A DNA stretch of 64,000 bases from Eledone cirrhosa (lineage: Eukaryota): positions 13,578,001-13,642,000 of the forward strand of contig OZ024756.1 in NCBI GenBank assembly GCA_964016885.1. The letters run 5' to 3'. The notes under the pieces are model-generated. The model saw nothing but the letters and a program-made list of their open reading frames with translations, made no database searches and had not been told where the DNA came from. Each line of letters begins with the position of its first letter. Within the stretch, counting starts at the first letter, position 1. The position numbers and the translations under genes are program-made. Of this stretch, positions 11,351 to 24,334 are shown piece by piece.

Positions 11351-13430
11351 TCTGTATCTGAGTCTCTGTGTGTATCTGTGTCTATATGTATGTGTGTGAG
11401 TATGTATGTCTGCGTGCATGTGTCTGTATATTAGTGTCTATATGTGTTTGACTGTGTGTGTGTCTGAGTCTGTGTGTGTGTGTATCTGTGTCTATATGTA
11501 TGTGTGTGAGTATGTATGTCTGCGTGCATGTGTGTCTGTATATTAGTGTCTATATGTGTTTGACTGCGTGTGTGTCTGAGTCTGTGTGTGTGTATCTGTG
11601 TCTATATGTATGTGTGTGAGTATGTATGTCTGCGTGCATGTGTCTGTATATTAGTGTCTATATGTGTTTGACTGTGTGTGTGTCTGAGTCTGTGTGTGTG
11701 TGTATCTGTGTCTATATGTATGTGTGTGAGTATGTATGTCTGCGTGCATGTGTGTCTGTATATTAGTGTCTATATGTGTTTGACTGCGTGTGTGTCTGAG
11801 TCTGTGTGTGTGTGTATCTGTGTCTATATGTATGTGTGTGAGTATGTATGTCTGCGTGCATGTGTGTCTGTATATTAGTGTCTATATGTGTTTGACTGCG
11901 TGTGTCTCAGTCTGTGTGTGTATCTGTGTCTATATGTATGTGTGTGAGTATGTATGTCTGCGTGCATGTGTGTCTGTATATTAGTGTCTATATGTGTTTG
12001 ACTGCGTGTGTGTCTGAGTCTGTGTGTGTGTATCTGTGTCTATATGTATGTGTGTGAGTATGTATGTCTGCGTGCATGTGTCTGTATATTAGTGTCTATA
12101 TGTGTTTGACTGTGTGTGTGTCTGAGTCTGTGTGTGTGTGTATCTGTGTCTATATGTATGTGTGTGAGTATGTATGTCTGCGTGCATGTGTGTCTGTATA
12201 TTAGTGTCTATATGTGTTTGACTGCGTGTGTGTCTGAGTCTGTGTGTGTGTGTATCTGTGTCTATATGTATGTGTGTGAGTATGTATGTCTGCGTGCATG
12301 TGTGTCTGTATATTAGTGTCTATATGTGTTTGACTGCGTGTGTCTCAGTCTGTGTGTGTATCTGTGTCTATATGTATGTGTGTGAGTATGTATGTCTGCG
12401 TGCATGTGTGTCTGTATATTAGTGTCTATATGTGTTTGACTGCGTGTGTGTCTGAGTCTGTGTGTGTGTGTATCTGTGTCTATATGTATGTGTGTGAGTA
12501 TGTATGTCTGCGTGCATGTGTGTCTGTATATTAGTGTCTATATGTGTTTGACTGCGTGTGTGTGTATCTGTGTCTATATGTATGTGTGTGAGTATGTATG
12601 TCTGCGTGCATGTGTGTCTGTATATTAGTGTCTATATGTGTTTGACTGTGTGTGTGTCTGAGTCTGTGTGTGTGTGTATCTGTGTCTATATGTATGTGTG
12701 TGAGTATGTATGTCTGCGTGCATGTGTGTCTGTATATTAGTGTCTATATGTGTTTGACTGCGTGTGTGTCTGAGTCTGTGTGTGTGTGTATCTGTGTCTA
12801 TATGTATGTGTGTGAGTATGTATGTCTGCGTGCATGTGTGTCTGTATATTAGTGTCTATATGTGTTTGACTGCGTGTGTCTCAGTCTGTGTGTGTATCTG
12901 TGTCTATATGTATGTGTGTGAGTATGTATGTCTGCGTGCATGTGTGTCTGTATATTAGTGTCTATATGTGTTTGACTGCGTGTGTCTCAGTCTGTGTGTG
13001 TATCTGTGTCTATATGTATGTGTGTGAGTATGTATGTCTGCGTGCATGTGTGTCTGTATATTAGTGTCTATATGTGTTTGACTGCGTGTGTCTCAGTCTG
13101 TGTGTGTATCTGTGTCTATATGTATGTGTGTGAGTATGTATGTCTGCGTGCATGTGTGTCTGTATATTAGTGTCTATATGTGTTTGACTGCGTGTGTGTC
13201 TGAGTCTGTGTGTGTGTATCTGTGTCTATATGTATGTGTGTGAGTATGTATGTCTGCGTGCATGTGTGTCTGTATATTAGTGTCTATATGTGTTTGACTG
13301 CGTGTGTGTCTGAGTCTGTGTGTGTGTATCTGTGTCTATATGTATGTGTGTGAGTATGTATGTCTGCGTGCATGTGTGTCTGTATATTAGTGTCTATATG
13401 TGTTTGACTGCGTGTGTGTCTGAGTCTGAC
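11350..13430. repeat. Minisatellite, ~106-112-bp unit
   Basis: Recurring tatctgtgtctatatgtatgtgtgtgagtatgtatgtctgcgtgcatg...tattagtgtctatatgtgtttgactg. Confidence 0.95.
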
Positions 13431-13635
13431 CTGTATGCATGTATATGTGTACACATACATGTATATGTGTACACATACATGTATATGTGTACACATACAT
13501 GTATATGTGTACACATGCATACGTATACATGCAACTATAACAGCCAGCTCCCATCAAGTATCGCTGGTCTCCCGAGAGACTACTCCACAGACAAAGCACT
13601 TTCTCCTAGATTCAACCAACATTTGTGCTTCTACT

Positions 13636-13860
13636 ATACATGGTTCCCCCCAAAATGTATACATAACAAAATCTCTAAAAGATGCATTAAAAAAAATTGT
13701 TTTATTTGCATTATTTAAATTGTGTAAACATTTTTGTGTGTTTACATGCAATTGAGTTATGTCTGTAGATAATTTTATTTTTGGGAAAGGCTGTACATTC
13801 TAATAAATATTGCTTGTACAGGTAATCAAAGTATGTATACATTTTTTGGAGACACCCTGT
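13636..13860. mobile_element. Tc1/mariner-type MITE, degenerate
   Basis: Left end tacatggttccccccaaaatgtatacata against right end (reverse complement) acagggtgtctccaaaaaatgtatacata. Confidence 0.5.
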
Positions 13861-13885
13861 GTGTGTTTATATATATATACTTTTT

Positions 13886-13941
<56 letters not shown>

Positions 13942-13945
<4 letters not shown>

Positions 13946-14133
13946 AAAAAGTATGACCCCGACGGCAGAATTCAAGCCGTTTCGACGGCTATTTCTGGAC
14001 TGAAATAGCCGTCGAAACGGCTTGAGCTCTGCCGTCGGGGTCATACATTTTCCTATTACCCACCTCTACTATCCTAACTATTGAGTACTCTGGTGCGTTA
14101 TGGTCCATCTGGTTCCTTACCACACCTCCTTCG

Positions 14134-14137
<4 letters not shown>
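13942..14137 (+). mobile_element. Fold-back element family containing the 3' half of a hammerhead (copies 8944-9090, 19843-20050, 21468-21610, 59826-60003)
   Basis: ~50-bp-arm hairpin followed by a shared ~90-bp tail; the copies abut (TA)n or AT-rich sequence. Confidence 0.75.
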
Positions 14138-14209
<72 letters not shown>

Positions 14210-14846
14210 AGGGCCGTGGAAGCATTTCTGAATTGGGGTGGGGTGGGGAGGCAAATTTGTTCAATTTAGTTGTAGTGATTAGTTTAGCTGTCATTAAATA
14301 TCAAACAAGATATTAAAAAAATTCGTTATACTGAAAAAAATCTTTATAATGGTATTCATTATAACGGAATTTTACCTGTATAAACACCATATATAAACAC
14401 ACATATTTACATATATACATACGTACTTACAATACATCCATATATATGTATATAGCATTACATAGTATATATATATATAGAAAGATAGATTTCTTTATTT
14501 ACCATAAAGGCATAAAAAGAAGGGACAAATACAAAGGGGGAGTTTACATATAATCGAGTAAAAAGGGTGTAACATGAAAATAATCGAAAGTAACCTCAAA
14601 AGGGAGGGGACGTGATGGGGGTTGCACAGACCCCCGAAAAAGTGTGCAATCCTTTGCCCGGGGAGCACATGGAGAAGGTGCTCCCCTCTCCTTTACTTCT
14701 TTACCTACAGGATGGTATACAGAGAAGGCCCATTTACACGAGCCTATATATATATAGAAAGATAGATATATAGATATATCCAGCCTGAACCTGAATCGAT
14801 AAGGTCTGGTTTCTTGGATATATCACCATTTGTAAAACAAATTTTG

Positions 14847-14907
14847 TATTTTATCTGATGAGAGCGTACCAAAATGTTAGTACCATTGAAATATATATAA
14901 TAAAATA
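14847..14907 (+). ncRNA. Type I hammerhead, family C
   Basis: UAUUUUAU-CUGAUGA-(degenerate stem II)-GAAA-UAUAUA-UA-AUAAAAUA; 8-bp stem I. Confidence 0.65.
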
Positions 14908-15036
14908 AATATGGTTTTATAAATATAGTTTCCATTTATTAATATCATTGATATTTTACTCCAGAAAACGTGTAGAGTGCTTCGAATCTGTTATAAATAA
15001 ATTTGTTGAATAACCAACAAATTAAATATCTCTTTG

Positions 15037-15201
<165 letters not shown>

Positions 15202-15223
15202 CTTCTATAAAATAAAAAAATAA

Positions 15224-15271
<48 letters not shown>

Positions 15272-15489
15272 CATATATTATACTATATTTGTACAGCAAT
15301 TCAAAATTACCCAATTATATATATAATATATATATATACTGTATGTTATACATACAGTATATTTATATATATATATATAATATATATATATACTGTATGT
15401 TATACATACATGCTACATTTGACCAGGCTGCTACCTAAACTACATTACTACTGTACATGTATTGCCGCTACTACTTCCTTCCATTAATG

Positions 15490-16070
15490 TTGTCCACCAC
15501 CACCACCACTACTACTACCAACACTACAACCACCACTGCCACTACAGATACTACCACCACCACCACCACAGCCCCACCCCCCGTCCTCACCACCACCATC
15601 ACTACTGCTACCAACACTACAACCGCCCCCACCCCCACCGCTACCACCACCACCACCACTACTACCACCACCACCACCACCACCGCCGCTACTACTACTA
15701 CCACCACCACCACCACTACTACCATCACCACAGCCACCCCCACCACCGCTACTACGACCCCCACCCCCGCTACTACCACCCCACCCCCACCCCCGCTACT
15801 ACGACCACAGCCACCCCCACCACCACTACCACGGCTACTACGACCACCACCACAGCCACCCCCACTACTACGACCCCCCCCCCCCCACTACTCCCCCCAA
15901 CTACTACGACCACCACCACAGCCCCCCCCATACTACGACCGCCACCACAGCCACCCCCACCACCACCACTACTACGACCACCAACACAGCCCCCCACTAC
16001 TACGACCACCAACACAGCCCCCACTACTACGACGACGACCACCACCACCCCAACTACTACCACCACCACC
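15490..16070. repeat. Degenerate (ACC/ACT)n trinucleotide tract
   Basis: Low-complexity sequence; gives poly-T/P/H ORFs. Confidence 0.9.
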
Positions 16071-16149
16071 TCATTTCCATCTCACACACGTCTACATTAT
16101 CATTTTGAGTCACTGATATAACTTAAAACATTTGTATCATTTCTGCAAT

Positions 16150-16350
16150 CGCATCGTCGCTCTCTTGCAATATCTGTACATCTGCCTGTACATCTGTCTG
16201 TCTGTGTGTAGACAGCATCGTCGCTCTCTTGCAATATCTGTACATCTGCCTGTACATCTGTCTGTCTGTCTGTGTGTAGACAGCATCGTCGCTCTCTTGC
16301 AATATCTGTACATCTGTCTGTACATCTGTTTGTCTGTCTGTGTGTAGACA
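16150..16350. repeat. Three-copy tandem repeat, 64-72-bp unit
   Basis: gcatcgtcgctctcttgcaatatctgtacatctg occurs three times. Confidence 0.85.
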
Positions 16351-17702
16351 ACAATACGTGCATGTATGTAGGCACATACAAATATATCTATATCTAACTC
16401 TTGTTTTCTCTCTCTCTCTCTCTCCCTCCCCCCTCTCATCTCTCTCTCTCTCTCCCCCATATCTCCCACTCTCTCTCCCCCTCTCTCTCCCACCCCCCTC
16501 TCTCTATGTCTCTTATATTCCTGTACATATGCGCCTGTAATTGTTTTTACTAATATGATTTAAAAAAACAAGATAAATACATTTGTAAAATAATTGCTTT
16601 TACTTTTGGCACAAGGCCAGCAATTACCCAGTGCATTACAGGTACTTTATATTATCAACCCCGTAAGGATGAAAGGCAAAGTTAACCTCGGAGGTATTTG
16701 AACTCATAACGTAAAGGGGCCATAACACTATGCTGCAAAGCATTGCAATAATGGTTTCTGATTTAGACACAATAGCAGCAGTGGAGTGGAAAGTCGATGG
16801 TGCCGTATCGACATGAAAAGCAAAGCTAATCTCAGGATTTAATAATTATAATTGTGTCTACTTTTAGCACAAGGCCAGCAATTTGAAGGGAAGGGGAACT
16901 CAGAACGTAAATGGACGTAACTATATGCCTCAAACCATGTTGTCCAACGCTACCCATTTTAAGATCATGGCTCACTCTTTTAGTATAGTATCAGTATAAC
17001 ATCTGTCAGAACAAAAGCATTGCAAATCTAAACTATAATAAAGTAAGAAGTGCAGGACTGCTTACGGTTTATAATTTTTTATCCCCTTAGTAAAATAAGT
17101 TGGATTACTTTGAATAAATAATGAATGAATATTATATAATTTATCTACTAAATTTCGTGGCTGTTGATTATATTTATATTTTGTTTATTTAAAGATTCAC
17201 TTCTTTAAAATTTTCAAATGCCAATACTTCCAGTTAGCAATCGTTTAAATAAATATTCATATATTTCTGTCACTAATTTTCACTAGTTTATATATAATAT
17301 CATCTTTTTTTAATGTATCATGGATTACGTTACTGATTACATAAGACAAGTGTAAAGCAGTCTTCGTTCAATTTCTGTGTATATTGTCAATTACGATTTT
17401 ATTTGATGTATCATATCTACATGTATCATACACTTGCATATAATATCAATATACACACTACACATGCTAGCAGTAAACTACCTGAAAGGTGGGTTTTTTT
17501 GCTAGTGATAATAATAATTATATAATGGATTAGGTAGCTAACTAATAATATATTTATTATAATATTATTATAATAATATAGTACTAAAATGTGTCAGCTG
17601 CTTCTTAACTTTCACTTTAATGTTTTCCATCAAACTGATTCTATTTTTTGTGTTGCTGCATAGCACAAATGCTACGCAAACATGCAAATACATGCATATG
17701 AT

Positions 17703-17757
<55 letters not shown>

Positions 17758-17811
17758 CTATATATGTATATATGTGTATATATATATGTATATATGTATA
17801 TATATATGTAT

Positions 17812-18152
17812 TATCATTCATCATTTCATTTTACGTCCACTTTTCCCTGCTTGCAAGGGTGGGACGGAAATTGATGCTGGCTTCATTTCTACAGCTGGAT
17901 GCCCTTCCTAACACCAACCTCATTTACAGTGAGTGCTGGGTGCTTTTTTGCCGTGGCACCTCCACGACCACTTTGCAGTGGAATGATAGGGACCCCAGTC
18001 CCTATCATCTCATTTCTACAACTGAGTAAACTGGAGCAATGTGAAATAAAGTGTCTTGCTCAAGGAAACAACACATCACCCGGTCTGAGAATTGAACTCA
18101 CAACCTTTCGATTGCAAGGCCAATGCTCTAACCACTAAGCCATGCGCCTCCA
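17812..18152 (-). mobile_element. tRNA-derived SINE family 2 with RTE-type tail
   Basis: Reverse complement of 22827-23163. Confidence 0.85.
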
Positions 18153-18178
18153 TATGTATATATATGTATATATATATG

Positions 18179-18211
<33 letters not shown>

Positions 18212-18479
18212 GCATATATGTATATATATGTATATATGTATATATATATATAAAAAACATGAGAAGAAAGAAGAATACTGCGTGGTTGCACATGGGTTAC
18301 ATATGATAAAAATAGTCCTTCGTCAGTGATTTTCCAACCATCATTGGTATTTCATCGCATTAAAAATCATATACCTCAGGTTGGTGCGAGCAATAACTAA
18401 AAAAAGTTATTGGGACCAGTAAATCGCATAAAGCGAGGGGGACAAGTGAACAACATAGAAGGATAAAAGCAAACCAAAG

Positions 18480-19842
18480 AAAGGAAAAAAACAAGCAACA
18501 TGGTAGTCCTGGTCAGCAAGCGCACAACAGGAAAAAGAACAAGAATATGAAGATGTCGCATCTCAGAGTTGCCACACTTAATGTTGGCACTCTAACAGGT
18601 AGATCTGGTGAAATAGTGGAGATGCTGGAGAGAAGGCATGTGGATGTGTGCTGTGTGAAAGTGGTGCGATGGAGAGGTGCCTCTGCAAGACTAATTGCAG
18701 GCAAACATCTTAGTTATAAGCTTTTCTGGGTGGGTAATGATGATGGGTTAGGTGGGGAAGGCATTTTCCTGGCTGAGAGATGGATCAATAAGACAATAGA
18801 GGTAGTTAGAGTTAGTAATAGAGTAATTAAGCTTAGATTAGTTGTAGACAAGAGACCACTGACAATCATCTCTGCCTATACTCCCCAGGCAGGCCTAAGT
18901 AAAGAAGAGAAAGACTGCTTTTACGAGCAATTTTTACAAACAACCGCAATGACAGAGGACGGAGACATTGTTAAGCTAGCAGGGGACTTCAATGGTCATG
19001 TTGGACAGCTCCAGGATGGATATACTGGGGTACATGGTGGGTACGGTTATGGCTCAAGAAATGAAGAAGGAGTGGTGCTTCTTGAATTTTGTGATGCAAG
19101 TGCACTAACCATTTGCAACACTAACTTCCAGAAGCCTACCAACCACCTAATAACCTACAAATCAGGCGAGCACATAAGCCAGATTGACTTCCTGTGAGAC
19201 AGACAGATGGTGTTAAATACTAAGGCATACCCCGGGGAAGAATGTACCCCCCAGCATAGGTTAGTCATTAGTGACATCTCAGTAAGCAAGAGAAAGAATG
19301 AGACATACAGGAAGGTGTGGAAAAGAAAGGTCTGGAAGTTAAAAGACCTTTCATTAAAATATAAATTTAGGAAAGCCCTTCAAGATGTGTATGACAAAAA
19401 AGAAGACGATTTAGAGTCGTATGACATAGATGATAACTGGAATTTCTTGCGAGACAACTTACTGCAGGATACTGAAGAAACTTGTAGTTGGGGCAGAGCT
19501 TCAACCAGACAGAGAGTGACCTGGTGGTGGAACAGCATGGTAGATAGGGCCATTAGAGACAAAAGACTAGCATGGAAGGCTTGGAAAAATGGTGGGAGCA
19601 GAGAAGGATACACAGCTACTAAGAGAGAAGCTAGACATCAGGTGTACTTACCACGCAGGGACGCTGGGAGTAGGAGGTTTGCCAATGTTATGCGACGGCA
19701 AGATCAGAGGCGTGCAGTGTTCCGCATTGCAAGGCAGTGTGTAAGTGCAAATCAGGATGTTGTTGGAGATAAGTGTGTCCGGAATGATGCCGGTGTACTT
19801 AGTGTCACGAATGATCAGAAAAAGGAGGCCTGGAAATATATA
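18480..19842 (+). mobile_element. RTE-clade LINE, 5' part (AP endonuclease), disrupted and 3'-truncated
   Basis: LRVATLNVGTLTGR, ISAYTPQ, GDFNGHVG, SQIDFL, PQHRLVISD, TWWWN; frameshift near 19197. Confidence 0.9.
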
Positions 19843-20044
19843 TATAACGAAGGAAATGTGGTAAGGAACCAGGTGGACCATAACGCACCAAAGTACACAA
19901 TACTTAGGGTAGTAGAGTGAGTAATAGGAACGAGTAGGACCCCGACGGCTGAGCTCGAGCTGTTTCGACGGCTAATTCTGGACAAATTCGTCCAGAATTA
20001 GCCGTCGAAACGGCTTAAGCTCAGCCGTCGGGGTCCTACTCGTT

Positions 20045-20077
<33 letters not shown>

Positions 20078-21111
20078 TTAAGGTAAACATTGATGCAATC
20101 CAAATCAAGCACTCAACATATTTATTCCACATAGGAGTGACGGAGTAAATATCGAATAAAAAGCGAAGTAATTTCAGATGTTAAAGTCCTTTAATAATTG
20201 TTTCTATTTTTGGCACAAGGCCAGCAATTAACCAGTACATTACTGGTACTTTATTTTATCGACCCCGTAAAGATGAAAGGCAAAGTTAACCTCGGCGGGA
20301 TTTGAACTCAGATCGTAAAGGGACGTAACTCTATGCTTCAAAGCATGGTGTCCGACTCTCTACCGATACTGCCAATCCACCGCCCTTTAATAATAATGTT
20401 GAGATACATATTTCAATGACAACTGTGGCCACACGGTTCGGTGCGTCCCGTACTGTGACATCATCAGACAGCTTGTTACATAATAAGGTTATGTTTCTGA
20501 GGCAATCCAAATTGAATTGACATGGGAATGGACAAAGCGTGTGCTCTTGAGTTCTTCGCCCGTTCCCTTATGAGTCCTAATTCACCCCCACCGGTCTGCG
20601 CAGGCGCAAGTCCGAAGGAAGTTGACCATCAACTACCGCAGAGTTCAACGAAACTCACTCGTCTAGGCAGGTCCCCTTCTCAACCAAACAATGACCCCAT
20701 CCAGGCCTGTAATATGACATGGTTACAGCTTACTGCTAGCCACCCTGTTAGTGGCAGCCGGCCAAAAGCTAGTGGGGCTGGGAGAGTATGAGTATCAATA
20801 GGTCTCACTATTACCCCTAAATTAAGCATGGACAGTAGAATTGACCATCAACCGCTAAGAGAATATATACTTATTTCTAGGTATTATGGTTTCACAGTGG
20901 AAATTATGAATGAGAGTTGGAAATTAACACTAAAAATTACAAATCAAAAACCAAAAATTAAAAAAAATTACAAGTTAGAATCTAGATTGAAGTAAGTAAA
21001 AAATATATATGTACATATGATAATTAATAAATAGGGAGATGTTTAAGTTATAGTAAGAAGTTTTGAAAGGGGGATCAATCTTACAGATATATGATCTACA
21101 TATTGAGCAAC

Positions 21112-21440
21112 ATCTCGTTCTAACTCTGGATACTGTGCTTTCAGAGCACCCTCCACCACTGCTCATTTTGTCACCCAGGTAATGGAAAGTGTCCAATATT
21201 TCTATAGAACCATCTGGGCAATAGAAGGAGCTAGTATCCTGTGGGCACTTGCTACTTATTGCACCTGAGCATCGGTCACATATAAAATCTACGTTCTTAG
21301 ATAGCTTACCTGTAATCACACTACATCTTTTATGTACCCATAGTTTGCATTTGGGACATAAAATTGACTTTCTACCTACTCCTTTCCTACACACTGAGCA
21401 TGGCCATTTCCCTGGGGGGACACCTGTGCCCTATTTTCCT
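21112..21440 (-). mobile_element. RTE fragment with Cys/His finger
   Basis: CRKGVGRKSILCPKCKLWVHKRCS...FHYLGD. Confidence 0.8.
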
Positions 21441-21607
21441 TTCTACATACATTAAAAATATAATTTAGTCCAGAAATAGCCGTCGAAACGGCTCGAAGCT
21501 CTGCCGTCGGGGTCTTGAACATTTTCCTATTACCCACTCTACTACCCTAAGTATTGAGTACTCTGGTGCGTTATGGTCCTTCTGGTTCCTTACCACACTT
21601 CCTTCGT

Positions 21608-21661
<54 letters not shown>

Positions 21662-21665
<4 letters not shown>

Positions 21666-22440
21666 CATCATCATGTTCCACGCTTGCATGGGTTTGGACG
21701 GGGGTTTTCCCACTTGAGGCAAGAGTGATTGTCTTGCTCGCATAGGACTGTCTGGCAGGTTTTCTACAGTTGGATGCCCTTCCTAACACCAACCACATTT
21801 ACAGTGTGGGTCTGGGAGGTTTTTACCGTGTTGCCTACACGGCCACATTACAGCGTGGACTGTGTGTTTTTTGTCGTGACACCTACACGATCTCATTTGT
21901 TTCGGCCTGGATGGTGTGGCACCAACATAACTTTACATAGAAGGGGGCGGTGTGGATGGGGTGGGGGTGGTGGGACGGGGGTGTATTTTTTTAGAGATGC
22001 CTACTGACTGTAGTAGGTTTTACTTTGTATTTAGGTAAGGCGGGTCTTCTCTATTACTGAGTACTGCCAAAGGTCTCGGTCCAGTGACATTGGCTTGGAG
22101 AGGTGTAAGTGTGTGAGGTCGGAGTTTATCAGGTCGTCCCAGGTTTTTCTGGGTCTGCCTATTCCGTGGCTACCGTCTATCTTTATTGCCCTGCACTTTG
22201 TTATGCAGCTATTGACCTTCATGCGCATCACGTGTCCATACCAACGTAGCCTTCTCTCTAGTAAACAACATCTGATCCCTCTTATTTCTAATTTTTTCCT
22301 TAGTTCGTTTATGCTTTGTCGTTCACGTATATTACTATTACACATCCAGCGGAGCATGCAAGCTTCGTTTCTCTCTAGTCTGCGTATATCCTCTGCACAC
22401 AATGCCCAGGTCTCACTGCCATGCAACATTGCTGTTCGTA
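21662..22440 (-). mobile_element. RTE LINE 3' end (C-terminal ORF + 3' UTR with (GAT)n tail)
   Basis: MLHGSETWAL...RRLRWYGHVMRM...GRPRKTW. The UTR is shared with 23477-23880, 41571-42178, 43672-44110 and 50263-50572. Confidence 0.9.
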
Positions 22441-22826
22441 TATATATATTAGAATCTAATCTTTTCAATAATATGGATAAATCTGTCGGATCTTTCTAAA
22501 AATAATCTTCTCGTAAACTTTCCCATTGTTATTATTATTTACTTCTGCAATGACTCTGTATAATCAGCTCATCATTATTACTGGAATTCTATAAGAATCC
22601 AGTTTCTATAATTTTCGTCGAAAGCAGGGCAGTAGGTGGCTGTGATGAACGCCAAACAGCATGAAACAGACTGTCAGCTTCTCTCCCTTCTTTTGCCGAA
22701 AAGAAGTGACATAGTCACTACTTTAAACTGATAGTGTATGGTCTTCTAAATTATTTTAATTAAACATATGGTATATTGCCAAATATACTATACATACATT
22801 CATGTATATATATATATATATATGCA

Positions 22827-23163
22827 TGGAGGCACATGGCTTAGTGGTTAGAGCATTGGCCTTGCAATCGAAAGGTTGTGAGTTCAATTCTCAGACCAGG
22901 TGATGTGTTGTTTCCTTGAGCAAGACACTTTATTTGACATTGCTCCAGTTTACTCAGCTGTAGAAATGAGATGATAGGGACTGGGTTCCCTATCATTCCA
23001 CTGCAAAGTGGTCGTGGAGGTGCCACGGGAAAAAAGCACCCAGCACTCACTGTAAATGAGGTTGGTGTTAGGAAGGGCATCCAGCTGTAGAAATAAAGCC
23101 AGAATCAGTTCACATCCCACCCTTGCAAGCAGGGAAAAAGCGGACGTAAAATGATGATGATGA
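22827..23163 (+). mobile_element. tRNA-derived SINE family 2, full length
   Basis: A box tggcttagtgg, B box gagttcaattc, central tccttgagcaagacactt; tail ggtgttaggaagggcatccagctgtag shared with the RTE 3' UTR; (GAT)n end. Confidence 0.88.
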
Positions 23164-23339
23164 TATGTATATATACATGTATATATACAATATAGAGAGG
23201 AGAAAATGCAGGAGAGTGTGTTTTCATTACAGGATATGCCCCACCAGCGTGAAGAGAATTTAAGCTAAGAGAGATTTAGGAGAAACATAATAATTAAAAG
23301 GATAAATTAAAATGCAAAACCAACCTCAAAAACTAAACA

Positions 23340-23418
23340 GCACCTGTACAAATTCGCCAAGAATTTGTACAGGTGTGCTAGTGGTTACAAACTCAGGTCT
23401 TGGCTCATCAGCAGGTGC
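23340..23418 (-). ncRNA. Degenerate hammerhead (GAAU instead of GAAA)
   Basis: GCACCUG-CUGAUGA-GCCAAGA...UCUUGGC-GAAU-UUG-UA-CAGGUGC; perfect 7-bp stems I and II. Confidence 0.55.
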
Positions 23419-23476
23419 AAAGCCGATATTGTCACCACTATTAGATATATATATATACATGTATATATGTATATAT

Positions 23477-24312
23477 ATCATCATCATCATCATCATCATC
23501 AGGTTTAGCGTCCGTGTTCCACGCTTGCATGGGTTTGGACGGGGGTTTTCCCACTTGAGGCAAGAGTGGTTGTCTTGCTCGCATAGGACTGTCTGGCGGG
23601 TTTTCTACAGTTGGATGCCCTTCCTAACACCAACCACATTTACAGTGTGGGGCTGGGAGGTTTTTACCGTGTTGCCTACACGGCCACATTACAGCGTGGA
23701 CTGTCTGGCGGGTTTTCTACAGCTGGATGCCCTTCCTAACACCAACCACATTTACAGTGTGGGGCTGGGAGGTTTTTACCGTGTTGCCTACACGGCCACA
23801 TTTACAGCGTGGACTGTGTGTTTTTTGTCGTGACACCTACACGATCTCATTTGTTTCGGCCTGGATGTTGTATGGGGTTATGTTAGCCATCCTGGGCCGA
23901 AACAATATATATATATATACACCTCTCAAAGTCAATGACACACGACCGTGACTTCTGGCGTCACGCAGTAATACAGGGTACCCGACCTCCCATGGGTACA
24001 TGCTGAAGCATATAAACAATATGCCCCCCCCCCCCCCACCGCAAGGTGGTCGTGGAGGTGCCACGGCAAAAAAGCACCCAGCCCACACTGTAAAGTGGAC
24101 GTGTAGGCGCCACGAAAAAGCACCCAGCACTCACTGTAAATGAGGTTGGTGTTAGGAAGGGCATCCAGCTGTAGAAATCAAGCCAGATCAGTTCCTGTAT
24201 GAGCAAGGCATGGTCAGCCGACCAGACACTGCCCACAACAGGACAACCCGTCTAACCCATGCTAGCGTGGAAGAACGGACGTAAAACGGTGATGATGATG
24301 ATGATGATGATG
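23477..24312. mobile_element. Two divergently oriented RTE-tail fragments
   Basis: 23477-23880 (-), with an internal ~110-bp duplication; ~23950-24312 (+), ending in (GAT)n. Confidence 0.7.
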
Positions 24313-24334
24313 ATATATATATACATGTATATAT

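Noticed and set aside
18311-18332. CUGACGA-AGGAC on the minus strand
   Set aside because: Only the 5' half of a hammerhead; no stem II partner or GAAA follows.
20422-20472. Hammerhead on - (GCUGU-CUGAUGA...GAA-CCGUGUGG-CC-ACAGU)
   Set aside because: Counted only as a degenerate relic: one A is missing, the cleavage U is lost and stem II is out of register, so it is not called as a feature.
18480-22440. A single full-length RTE element
   Set aside because: The endonuclease part is on +, the C-terminal parts are on - and in non-collinear order, and the RT core is missing.
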